This document shows positions 36,834 to 45,052 of a stretch of DNA of 64,000 bases, in pieces (position 1 is the stretch's first letter; the number at the start of each line of letters is the position of its first letter). The notes under the pieces are model-generated. The model saw only the letters and a program-made list of their open reading frames with translations, was not told where the DNA came from and ran no database searches. The stretch comes from a virus (Duplodnaviria > Caudoviricetes), in the IMG/VR virus record IMGVR_UViG_3300043473_000069, positions 36,669 to 100,668 of that record; one strand, 5' to 3'. Both the position numbers and the translations under genes were made by a program.

Positions 36834-36908
36834 TGCTCCGGTCAAGTGAGTGCCAGCGGGGTGGATGTGTTTCAGATACAGGTAACCCGCTAGCTCCGGC
36901 CCGGAGCA
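36834..36908 (-). ncRNA. Y RNA-like element 1 (short, no T/D arms)
   Basis: UGCUCCGG-GCCGGAG...CACUCACUUGA-CCGGAGCA: terminal stem plus Ro60-binding helix; starts just after a sigma70-type promoter. Confidence 0.8.
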
Positions 36909-36914
36909 CTGCAC

Positions 36915-36943
36915 AAGATACGGGATCTTTGAGCGAAGCGCAA
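36915..36943 (-). promoter_or_regulatory. Sigma70-type promoter for the Y RNA-Ro60 operon
   Basis: TTGCGC-17 bp-TATCTT on the minus strand, 6 nt before element 1. Confidence 0.65.
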
Positions 36944-36947
36944 CCCC

Positions 36948-36969
36948 AATCGGCCACATGTGGCCGATT
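36948..36969. promoter_or_regulatory. Perfect 22-bp palindrome next to the -35 element
   Basis: AATCGGCCACATGTGGCCGATT. Confidence 0.55.
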
Positions 36970-37429
36970 ACTGAGGACCCGGTGGCAGCGCCCTCGGCTG
37001 CGTCTTCCGGCGCAGCTTCAACTTCGCTTCGATCTCAACGAGGCAACGCTCGATGACCCCGACTCGATCGGGGATGCCCTGTAGGGCGGTATGGATCGAT
37101 GCGAGTAGCGCCTCACGATCAGCCAGCCTGTCACTCAGGGCGCCGGTCTGAGCCAGGAGTTCTTCGTGCCGGTCGGAGGCAGCCTTCAAGGCGATGGTGG
37201 AGCGGGCGATCTCGCCTCGCCAGATGACGGTGGCGGCGGCGTGCTCGGCGTACTTGGTCTGCTGCGCCTCCAACTCCACCAGGCGAGCTTCCACCTGCTC
37301 CAGCCTGGTCAAGGGGGTGACCACCGGGTCCATCTCGTGGTCGTCCCACGGACAGCACACCTCTCCGGTGTCGGTCAGCTTCTCCGTGCAATCAGCGAGA
37401 CTCATTCCGCAGACCGTGCAGTAACTCAA
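36968..37429 (-). CDS. Coiled-coil hypothetical protein with N-terminal Cys motifs
   Basis: CTVC...CC motifs followed by heptad repeats. Confidence 0.5.
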   Translation of the reverse strand: MSYCTVCGMSLADCTEKLTDTGEVCCPWDDHEMDPVVTPLTRLEQVEARLVELEAQQTKYAEHAAATVIWRGEIARSTIALKAASDRHEELLAQTGALSDRLADREALLASIHTALQGIPDRVGVIERCLVEIEAKLKLRRKTQPRALPPGPQ

Positions 37430-37564
37430 CTTGCTCGCCCTCCCCAGGCTTCACCTGCTCCGACACCGGATCCTTCGTGTTCCAGACGTAGTCGTCCAGC
37501 ACGCACGCAGGGCTAGTCGGTCTACCCGGCTCCCAGGGAGGACGAGCGAGTTGATACTAACTGG

Positions 37565-37957
37565 CTAGCGCCACGCTGCCAGTCCCCGTGCGTTGTACTC
37601 CGTGGCGGCGCACTGCATCTGCAGTTCGACGTTGCCCTTGATGGAGTCGATCGTGGCTCCGCACAGGTTGAGCCAGTAGCCCTTCATGCCTCCGATGAAG
37701 TTCAGCCCGAACAGCCCGCCCCCGTTGTCGTCGTGATCCACGACCCACGAGTGAGGGTTGCAGCCCGACTCTCGCCAGGCGATGCGGCTGAACGTGTCCC
37801 ACGGCAGGCCAGCAGCGGCAGCTTCCTCAGCGAAGCTGCCACAGTCACCTGCCGTCCACTCGGACACCACTGCAGCGGGCTCGGCCACTGGCGTGCACTC
37901 GGGAGCGCACTGGGTGATGAGGAGTGCTGGGCTCAGCGCCAGCAGTCGCAGCCTCAT
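37565..37957 (-). CDS. Secreted SLT-like lytic transglycosylase
   Basis: Signal peptide MRLRLLALSP; IAWRESGCNP..GGGLFGLN..GLAAW; ATGA overlap with the Rpf gene. Confidence 0.75.
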   Translation of the reverse strand: MRLRLLALSPALLITQCAPECTPVAEPAAVVSEWTAGDCGSFAEEAAAAGLPWDTFSRIAWRESGCNPHSWVVDHDDNGGGLFGLNFIGGMKGYWLNLCGATIDSIKGNVELQMQCAATEYNARGLAAWR

Positions 37958-38664
37958 CCGACCGGGCACTGCCAGGCACGGGCAGCCCCTACCTCGGCGG
38001 CGATCCGCTCGGCCACGATGATCTGCTGACCACGGCTGGCCTGTCCTGCGGTTGGTGCGAACTCCTGACCACCGAACTGGCGCCATGCGCTATTCATGAT
38101 CATGAGTCCACCGCTGAACGTGCCGTAGCTGTTGGTCACGTTGCCGTGGCCCCACTGCTGTCCGCTCTCGCACTGAGCGACACGGTCCCAGTTGACGCCG
38201 CTGGCGCCACCGCCACCGCCTCCACTGTTGCTGGACCTGTTGCTGCCACCGCCGCCGTTGGACCTGCCAGATGTGGCAGGTTGCGGCGCCGGGTCTGGTG
38301 ACGGGTCCTCGGCCACGCCCGTGTAGGCGCTGACCATGTCGGCACCGAGGGCCGTGGCCGTCTCGGGTCCGACCTCACCGTCAGCGACGATGCCCGCCGC
38401 TTGTTGGAAGGCCGTGACGGCCCTCTCAGTCACTGGACCGAACCAACCGTCGATGGGACCGGTGTCGATCCCCTTGGCGGTGAGCACGGTCTGGAGGCAG
38501 AGCACATCGGCACTGTCTCGGATGCCGTTCTCCAGCCACGCACCGATGGCGCATGGCGTGGCGACGGCGGTCGGCGGCACCTCTTGGGCGCTCACGAGGG
38601 AGGGGACTCCTGCACAGAGTGCGGCAACAGCCGCCCCTGTGAGCAGTCGTCTCGTTCGTCTCAT
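37954..38664 (-). CDS. Resuscitation-promoting factor (Rpf) with a peptidoglycan-binding domain
   Basis: Signal peptide; DGWFGPVTERAVTAFQ..ADGEVGPET (PG_binding_1); WDRVAQCESG..GGL..W..GG..ASRGQQIIVAER (Rpf domain); AAGGAG RBS. Confidence 0.88.
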   Translation of the reverse strand: MRRTRRLLTGAAVAALCAGVPSLVSAQEVPPTAVATPCAIGAWLENGIRDSADVLCLQTVLTAKGIDTGPIDGWFGPVTERAVTAFQQAAGIVADGEVGPETATALGADMVSAYTGVAEDPSPDPAPQPATSGRSNGGGGSNRSSNSGGGGGGASGVNWDRVAQCESGQQWGHGNVTNSYGTFSGGLMIMNSAWRQFGGQEFAPTAGQASRGQQIIVAERIAAEVGAARAWQCPVG

Positions 38665-38746
38665 GTTGTCTCCTTACGGTTCCGTTACGAAGTCGGTACC
38701 GTAGCGTGTCGAGGGTGGTGTGGGGCAAGGTGCTACGTTGTGGGGC

Positions 38747-39223
38747 ATGCCCGCCCGCAGAGTCCTCCCCCGCCGCACCCCCTTTGACCTGGTGACGAAG
38801 CTCCAGGACTACCTGCAGAACCGGACGATGAAAGAACGGTCCTCGTACCACGAGGACACCGGCAAGAAGGACCTGATGGCCTACATCGAGACGACCGGCG
38901 AGTTGGAGGAAGGAGGCCACCGCCGGGTCGATCTCGACACCCCGCTGCCCCATGTGACATACAAGGGCGGCAAGCCGAAGGAGCAGTTGGTGACGGGCCT
39001 GCGGCGCCAGCGGCGACAGTCCACCACGCTCAACGAGGACCGCACGATGGCCTTCCTCAAGGAGATGGATCTGCTCGACGCCTGCACCGAGGTCGCCGTG
39101 ATCCTGAACGAGGACGCCGTGCTGGCAGCGAACTACGAGGGCAAGATCACCGACGAGCAACTGGCGGCGCTCTACGACGACAGCGAGACGTTCGCCTTCT
39201 ACCTGATCACCGAGGACGTGTGA
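38747..39223 (+). CDS. Hypothetical phage protein
   Basis: ATG preceded by TGcTACGTT, an extended -10, so probably leaderless. Confidence 0.65.
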   Translation: MPARRVLPRRTPFDLVTKLQDYLQNRTMKERSSYHEDTGKKDLMAYIETTGELEEGGHRRVDLDTPLPHVTYKGGKPKEQLVTGLRRQRRQSTTLNEDRTMAFLKEMDLLDACTEVAVILNEDAVLAANYEGKITDEQLAALYDDSETFAFYLITEDV

Positions 39224-39414
39224 GCGCCACCCCTCACCGGTCGTACCGTCGCTCCGTCAGCGACGATGAGGTCCAACTGCAGATCCGTCTGCCCCAGTCG
39301 CTCCGTGACCGGCTGATCGCTGAGGCGACCCGGCGCACGGTGTCCACCAATCTCCTGGCAGAGCGAGCGATCGAGCAGTCGGTCGCCGCCTGGGAGAAAC
39401 AGAAGCTCCCATAG
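39220..39414 (+). CDS. Ribbon-helix-helix (Arc-like) DNA-binding protein
   Basis: QLQIRLPQSLRDRLIAEA..VSTNLL pattern. Confidence 0.75.
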   Translation: MSATPHRSYRRSVSDDEVQLQIRLPQSLRDRLIAEATRRTVSTNLLAERAIEQSVAAWEKQKLP

Positions 39415-39429
39415 AGAGGTATCACACAC

Positions 39430-40140
39430 ATGCGAGACGCCACCCACATCACCCTCGTCATCGACCGCTCCGGTTCGATGTCTTCGATCAAGACCGACGC
39501 CGAGGGTGCGATCAACAGCTTCGTTGGGGAGCAGCAGAAGGTGCCCGGCGACTGCCGGTTGAAGCTGGTCGAGTTCGATGCGCCCGGCCACGGTGCTGAC
39601 TGGTACCACGTCGTCACCGACGCCGACCTGGCGAAGGCTCCGACGTACGTCCTCAACCCACGAGGCAACACGGCGCTGCTCGACGCCGTGGCCCGTGCGA
39701 TCAACGAGACGGGTCAGTACCTCGCCAACCTCAGCGAGGACCTGCGGCCCGACAAGGTCATCTTCGTCATCCAGACGGACGGCCAGGAGAACTCGTCCAA
39801 GGAGCACACCTGGGAGCAGGTGGCCGAGATGATCAAGGTCCAGACGGAGCAGTTCGCCTGGCAGTTCGTCTTCCTCGGCATGGGCCAGGACTCCTGGGGC
39901 CAGGGTCAGCGCCTCGGCGTGAGCAACGTCGTCCGGGCGGGGGGCACGGGTGAGGCCCATGCCCACACGCACTCGGTGATGAACGCCTACGCCGCCGACT
40001 ACCGAGTGGGTGCGGCGGCGACCATGGACAGCATGGCGGACCTGACGGTGGACGACCACGGTCAGGTGACCAACGCCCGTGGGCAGCGGGTCAACTCCGC
40101 CACCGGCAAGGTCGAGGACGACGACACCGCCAAGTCGTGA
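39430..40140 (+). CDS. vWA-domain protein
   Basis: DRSGSM, TALLDA, TDGQEN and FVFLG motifs. Confidence 0.9.
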   Translation: MRDATHITLVIDRSGSMSSIKTDAEGAINSFVGEQQKVPGDCRLKLVEFDAPGHGADWYHVVTDADLAKAPTYVLNPRGNTALLDAVARAINETGQYLANLSEDLRPDKVIFVIQTDGQENSSKEHTWEQVAEMIKVQTEQFAWQFVFLGMGQDSWGQGQRLGVSNVVRAGGTGEAHAHTHSVMNAYAADYRVGAAATMDSMADLTVDDHGQVTNARGQRVNSATGKVEDDDTAKS

Positions 40141-40161
40141 CATGACCTGCTAGCAACTGTA

Positions 40162-40202
40162 AGGTGTCTCTCGTGAGCGACCGTCGTTCACGGGAGACAC
40201 CT
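40162..40202 (+). terminator. Long RNA hairpin
   Basis: About 19-bp stem with two G-U pairs that form only on the + strand. Confidence 0.6.
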
Positions 40203-40257
40203 GCATCTGCAGTACCGGACAACCACGCAAGGAACAACCGATGATCAAGTTGGGGCT

Positions 40258-40566
40258 GTGAGCCTGGCTGCGTTCGAAACGACATGGGAGCACGAGAGGC
40301 GGGGCTACATCAAGTGCCGTGCGATCGGGCACTCGTGGCACGACTACGACAGCACCTGGGAGCCGATGTATGGCTTCCCTCTCACGCTGAGGTGTGAGCG
40401 CTGCGGCACTGAGCGGCGAGACTCCATCGGCACGAGCGGTCAGCTACTGAACCGGCACTACGTCAAGCCGGACAACTACGACCTGGCTCGTGACGACTTC
40501 AAGCCGACCCGTTCTGACTTCCGGCTCATGCTGCTAGCAGTACGAGGTGAAGTGGAGATCAAGTGA
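40258..40566 (+). CDS. Zinc-binding hypothetical protein
   Basis: CRAIGHSW...RCERCG. Confidence 0.6.
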   Translation: MSLAAFETTWEHERRGYIKCRAIGHSWHDYDSTWEPMYGFPLTLRCERCGTERRDSIGTSGQLLNRHYVKPDNYDLARDDFKPTRSDFRLMLLAVRGEVEIK

Positions 40567-40931
40567 GCGATCCCAGCGAGGTCCCGGAGTCCGCACCTCC
40601 TGAGGTGATACAACAGGAGGACCCATCACGGGAGCCGTGCCCTCACTGCGGTAAGTCGTTGACGCACAAGAGCCTGCCTGGTCACATCCGCAAACAGCAC
40701 GGGATCTACATCCGCCGACCACGGGGCCGTCCACCTGGCTCCACCAACAAACCGAAGGCGCCGCTCTCCCTCTTGCCCCGCCGACCCGACCCACTCACTG
40801 CCGAACAGATCACCCACGCCACTGCTGCCATGCTGTGGCCGGACGGGGTGCCGCTGGATCGACTGGAACGACTGCTCCGTTGGCACACTCAGACTGCCGT
40901 GTTCTTGGACATGGTGCAGGACAGCGAGTAA
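40563..40931 (+). CDS. C2H2 zinc finger + AT-hook protein
   Basis: CPHCGKSL..HIRKQH followed by RPRGRPPGSTNK. Confidence 0.7.
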   Translation: MSDPSEVPESAPPEVIQQEDPSREPCPHCGKSLTHKSLPGHIRKQHGIYIRRPRGRPPGSTNKPKAPLSLLPRRPDPLTAEQITHATAAMLWPDGVPLDRLERLLRWHTQTAVFLDMVQDSE

Positions 40932-40948
40932 CACACAGGAGCAACGCC

Positions 40949-41395
40949 ATGAGCAACCCAGCGGAGAAGTTCGCAGACCTGGACTACCCCGGAAGGAAGA
41001 GGCCGATGAACCGTGACACACAACCGGCCTCCACTGATACGGAGCTATGGGACGCCAAGCCCGTGTACTACCTGATCGGCGGCGAGCGTCAGGAGTTCTT
41101 CCTGATCAGCCACCTCGCCAAGGCACTGGACTACAGCGTCCAGAGCATCCGGGCGTGGGAAGCGCAGGGGTTGCTGGCAAGGACGCCGTACCGTTCGCCT
41201 CGGACGGCTCGACCGGTCGCTGGTGGGCGCAGCGACAAGGGCAAGCGTCTCTGGACACGGGAGCAGGTGATGGGTATCGTCCGGATTGCGAAGAAGCACA
41301 AGGTGATCTTCCCGGACCGCAAGGGCGTGAAGCACCCACCGACGCCAGCCTTCGCAGCCGAGGTTGGGGAGTTCTTCAACAGCCTCACCAAGTAA
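40949..41395 (+). CDS. MerR-like HTH DNA-binding protein
   Basis: ISHLAKALDYSVQSIRAWEAQGLL..RLWT; AGGAG RBS. Confidence 0.75.
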   Translation: MSNPAEKFADLDYPGRKRPMNRDTQPASTDTELWDAKPVYYLIGGERQEFFLISHLAKALDYSVQSIRAWEAQGLLARTPYRSPRTARPVAGGRSDKGKRLWTREQVMGIVRIAKKHKVIFPDRKGVKHPPTPAFAAEVGEFFNSLTK

Positions 41396-41434
41396 CACAC
41401 ACTGCACCCTGCACCTGACACACGAGGTCACAAC

Positions 41435-42166
41435 ATGCCGCCCACCAAGAAGCCTGCTCGACGCATCGTCGCCCAGGATCCGTTGACCGACGCCATCGAG
41501 CCCGATGACGACGCTGACGACGAGCGCCCAGAGCCGCAGATGAAGGCGGCTGCCAACGGGGAGGGCGCCATCCGTGGCGGCTGGACCGATGCCCAACGGC
41601 AGATGGACTCCACCTCCAGCTTCGCTCAGACGTTGAAGCTGGAAGAGAAGTCGATCTTCATCAAGTTCATGGACGACCTGCCGTACGCCAACTTCCGGCG
41701 TCACTGGATCGAGCGCTCCACCAAGGAGGGCAAGAGCCTGCGGGCCTACACCTGCCTCAAGACCATCGACAAGGACTGCCCGCTGTGCGACGGCGGCGAC
41801 CGGGCCTCGGCGGTGGCAGCGTTCAACGTGGCGCTGATCGGAGACGACGGGCAGTTGCTGCTCAAGTCCTGGGACTGTGGTCCCCGCCTCTACAACGTGC
41901 TCAAGGGCTACGCCAACGACCCCAAGATCGGCCCGCTCTCCCGTGGCTTCTTCATGGTGAGCAAGACGGGCAAGCGGGGTACGACTCAGCACAACGTCTC
42001 GCCCATCCGAGGCACGTCGCTGGAAGAGGACTACGACATCACGCCGCCGACGCAGGAGGAGATCGCTGCGCTCGGCAAGAACAAGTACGGACCGGAGATC
42101 ATCGAGATCCCGACCGTCAAGACGCTGCGAGAAGTGGCGGCGGAGCTTGACGACTACGACGGGTGA
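41435..42166 (+). CDS. Single-stranded DNA-binding protein (gp32-like, zinc-binding)
   Basis: HWI..YTCL..CPLC motif; directly upstream of the polymerase. Confidence 0.7.
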   Translation: MPPTKKPARRIVAQDPLTDAIEPDDDADDERPEPQMKAAANGEGAIRGGWTDAQRQMDSTSSFAQTLKLEEKSIFIKFMDDLPYANFRRHWIERSTKEGKSLRAYTCLKTIDKDCPLCDGGDRASAVAAFNVALIGDDGQLLLKSWDCGPRLYNVLKGYANDPKIGPLSRGFFMVSKTGKRGTTQHNVSPIRGTSLEEDYDITPPTQEEIAALGKNKYGPEIIEIPTVKTLREVAAELDDYDG

Positions 42167-42171
42167 TGACC

Positions 42172-42208
42172 GTGGGGTAGCCGACCTGGGGGGTGTCGGC
42201 TACCCCAC
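42172..42208 (+). terminator. Hairpin between SSB and polymerase genes
   Basis: GTGGGGTAGCCGAC-loop-GTCGGCTACCCCAC, 14-bp perfect stem. Confidence 0.65.
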
Positions 42209-42227
42209 TTCCCGTAGGCAGCCACGA

Positions 42228-44240
42228 GTGTTGCTGACACGGCGGGAGGTCGAGCGTGCGGTGGAGGACCTGCTCCAGGAACCGGCGTTCGTCATCGACA
42301 TCGAGACGACCAAGGCCCGACCCCGGCTGAACGAACTGCTGTGGGTCGGGCTCGGTGCTGCCGGTCGTACGTACCTCATCCCTTGCGGACATCCGAAAGG
42401 GTTGATCGTCCAGCCTGAGCACAAGGAGCGAACACCAGCGTGCGTTTTGTACGCAGGAGACGATAGGGGGCTAACGAAGGGCGGTAAGCCCAGTATGAGG
42501 ATGGTCGAGCACACGGTGCCTGCGACCTTCGACTCGCCTCCCAAACAACTGTTCCCCCATGAGGTCTGCGAGATCATCCAGCCCTTGCTGTGGTCGGACG
42601 CCGCCAAGATCGGGCACAACGTCAAGTTCGACCTGATGTCCCTGGCGAAGTACTACGGCCATGTGATACCGCCTGGCCCGTATCACGACACGATCGTCCT
42701 GCGGCATTGCCTGGCCGAGGACCTGGATCAGTACGACCTCAAGACTCTGACGTGTGAGTGGTTCAAGATCCACTGGAAGAAGCGGGCTGCCTTCTACCCC
42801 AACCTGGGAGACAAGGGCATCGAGAACTTCGGCCTGGACGAGGTAGCCCGGTACCTCAGCAAGGACCTGCGCTACTGCTGGCTGATGTTCCAGTCCTTCC
42901 ACCCCATGCTCACCAGGCGTGGGGTGCAAGACGTCTACGACTTTGAGATGTCCATCTACCCCGTGATCATGGACATGGAGTACGAGGGGTTCCCGGTGGA
43001 CCCGTCCAAGCTCGGCGTGGTCAAGGACTACCTGCAGGACACGATCGCTGGGGTCGAGCAGAAGGTGTGGTCGATGGCGGGCGACAAGTTCCCGCTCTCC
43101 AACACCGAGGCCAAGCGCTGGGTCATGTTCGGGGAGGGCGTGCCGGTCTTCGGTGAGTCGAAGCGCCAACTCAAGAGCCAGAAGCTCAAGGTGCGGGACC
43201 GCACCAAGGAGACGAGGAAGCCCTCCGTCACCCAGGCCGTGCTGGAGTACTACTCCGACCGAGGCAAGAACATGGCGACCTGGCTGCTGGAGTGGTCAGC
43301 GCTGGAGAAGATGCGAGGCACCTTCATCGAGGGTCTGTCGGCCCACCTCCGATACCCGGCTAAGGGACTACCGACCATCCACACCTCCTTCAAGCAGCAT
43401 GGGACGGTGACGGGACGGCTGTCTGCCTCGGAGCCCAACCTCCAGCAGCTACCTCGGGGCACCCTCATCCGTGATCTGTTCGTGGCCGACGAGGGCTACT
43501 CCCTGATCGTGGCCGACTACGACCAGATCGAACTGCGCTGCGCTGGCTGGGCCTCCCAGGACCCCGAGATGATGCGGGTCTTCAAGGCGGGCCAGGACAT
43601 CCACGCCCTCGCTGCCTCGGCCATGTTGCAGGTACCCATCGATCAGGTGACGAGGGACCAACGGCAGGTTGGCAAGACGCAGAACTTCGGCACGCTGTAC
43701 GGCGCTGGGCCGGAGAAGATCGCACAGGTGGCAGGTGTCAACGTGCGACGTGCCGAGGAGTTCATCGCCAACTACTTCGCCATGTTCTACGGCCTGGAGG
43801 ACTGGAAGGCAGAGGAACTGGCACTGGCTCGGGCCAGGGGAGACAAGACAGATCCCCTGGTCAGACCCCCCTACGTGGAGATCCCACCCAACGGGAGGCG
43901 ACGACGGCTACCTGATCTGTATCACATCGATGACTGGCTCCGATGGAGGGCTGAACGACAGGCGATCAACGCTTACGTCCAGGGCTTTGCCAGCAACATC
44001 ACCAAGCTGGCGATGCGGGACCTGCACCCGAAGCTCAACGAGTACGGCGCCAAGATGGTGGCTCAGGTGCACGACGAAATCGTTGTGCGAGTTGCTAGTG
44101 AGTCCGCTCAGGAGGTGTTGGGCCTGGTTGAATCGGTTATGGGAGACGTCCGTAACCCAGAAGGAGAGCCGATCCTTGGTGAGATACCGCTGGTGGCCTC
44201 GGCTTCCATCGGGCGGAGTTGGGCCGAAGCCAAAGGTTGA
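42228..44240 (+). CDS. polA: Family A DNA polymerase with 3'-5' exonuclease
   Basis: DIETT, GHNVKFD, TGRLS..PNLQQLP, ADYDQIELR, KTQNFGTLYG and VHDEI motifs. The start codon is uncertain. Confidence 0.95.
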   Translation: MLLTRREVERAVEDLLQEPAFVIDIETTKARPRLNELLWVGLGAAGRTYLIPCGHPKGLIVQPEHKERTPACVLYAGDDRGLTKGGKPSMRMVEHTVPATFDSPPKQLFPHEVCEIIQPLLWSDAAKIGHNVKFDLMSLAKYYGHVIPPGPYHDTIVLRHCLAEDLDQYDLKTLTCEWFKIHWKKRAAFYPNLGDKGIENFGLDEVARYLSKDLRYCWLMFQSFHPMLTRRGVQDVYDFEMSIYPVIMDMEYEGFPVDPSKLGVVKDYLQDTIAGVEQKVWSMAGDKFPLSNTEAKRWVMFGEGVPVFGESKRQLKSQKLKVRDRTKETRKPSVTQAVLEYYSDRGKNMATWLLEWSALEKMRGTFIEGLSAHLRYPAKGLPTIHTSFKQHGTVTGRLSASEPNLQQLPRGTLIRDLFVADEGYSLIVADYDQIELRCAGWASQDPEMMRVFKAGQDIHALAASAMLQVPIDQVTRDQRQVGKTQNFGTLYGAGPEKIAQVAGVNVRRAEEFIANYFAMFYGLEDWKAEELALARARGDKTDPLVRPPYVEIPPNGRRRRLPDLYHIDDWLRWRAERQAINAYVQGFASNITKLAMRDLHPKLNEYGAKMVAQVHDEIVVRVASESAQEVLGLVESVMGDVRNPEGEPILGEIPLVASASIGRSWAEAKG

Positions 44241-44270
44241 GAATCAGAGGCGTGTGATACCGTCATACGT

Positions 44271-44471
44271 ATGGGCAGCGTGATGGCTATCCGAGAGCGT
44301 TCTGTGCTCGACCAGGTCGTGGACCTGGCCGATGGGTATGCCGATGCCCTCATCGCCTCGCTGCCTGCTGTAGCTTCGGAAGAGATGATGCACCAGGTAG
44401 TCGCAGGTACTCTGCTGGCCTTCCTGGCTGAGGCTCTGACGAAGGCGCAGATCGATGAGCGACACCGCTAG
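44271..44471 (+). CDS. Hypothetical protein
   Basis: Short ORF within the operon. Confidence 0.5.
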   Translation: MGSVMAIRERSVLDQVVDLADGYADALIASLPAVASEEMMHQVVAGTLLAFLAEALTKAQIDERHR

Positions 44472-44901
44472 CTGGTACCAACGCAAGCTCGCTCAGATGC
44501 GAGGAGGGCCACAGCAGCAGCCCTACCCGCAGGCCAGGGCAAACCCCGGTATGCCCCCTCAGCAGTGGGCACCTCAAGTACAGCCCGTACAAGCTCCCGT
44601 ACAGCAAGGGCAGTTCGTACCGCAGCAGTACGCCCAGCCTCAGCAGACGTACGACGAGACGCAGAAGATGGAAGGTGCGTCTCTGACCACGCTTCTGGAC
44701 GTCCAGCGTGCGACGGGTACAGCAAGGCCTGGACAAGGTGAGCGACTGAACCCAGACCCCTGTCCCAACTGTGGCAAGGGCCTCTTCTACGCCAACCTCG
44801 GCAAGACCAGACGTGGTCCGCCGCCTGCCCCGCACTGCTTCAACTGCGGCTTCAACGGGCTGTTCGAACAGGGCTTGGAGTCCTCCTGGGGAGGCCAGTA
44901 G
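44455..44901 (+). CDS. Gln/Pro-rich protein with a zinc ribbon
   Basis: CPNCG...CFNCG. Confidence 0.6.
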   Translation: MSDTASWYQRKLAQMRGGPQQQPYPQARANPGMPPQQWAPQVQPVQAPVQQGQFVPQQYAQPQQTYDETQKMEGASLTTLLDVQRATGTARPGQGERLNPDPCPNCGKGLFYANLGKTRRGPPPAPHCFNCGFNGLFEQGLESSWGGQ

Positions 44902-45052
44902 AACTGGCTGGACGACTGGACCAAGGTTCCGTATCTTGGTAGGCTCCCACTGCAGGCACCGGGGGCCTTGATACCCGGCGTGACGTGGGGGCCTCGCTGT
45001 CTTGGACTCCCTCCCAGACGGCTGAGGCCCCCGCCTCTCCGAGTACGGAAGG

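Noticed and set aside
36337-36908. CRISPR array or cluster of true tRNA genes
   Set aside because: The conserved parts are two short motifs that pair with each other, not identical direct repeats, and no cas operon is present. The tRNA arms are in permuted order with sealed acceptor stems and no CCA end, so they cannot be charged.
38665-38746. c-di-AMP (ydaO) riboswitch upstream of the Rpf gene
   Set aside because: The interval is only about 80 bp, is shared with a divergent gene and lacks the riboswitch's conserved motifs.
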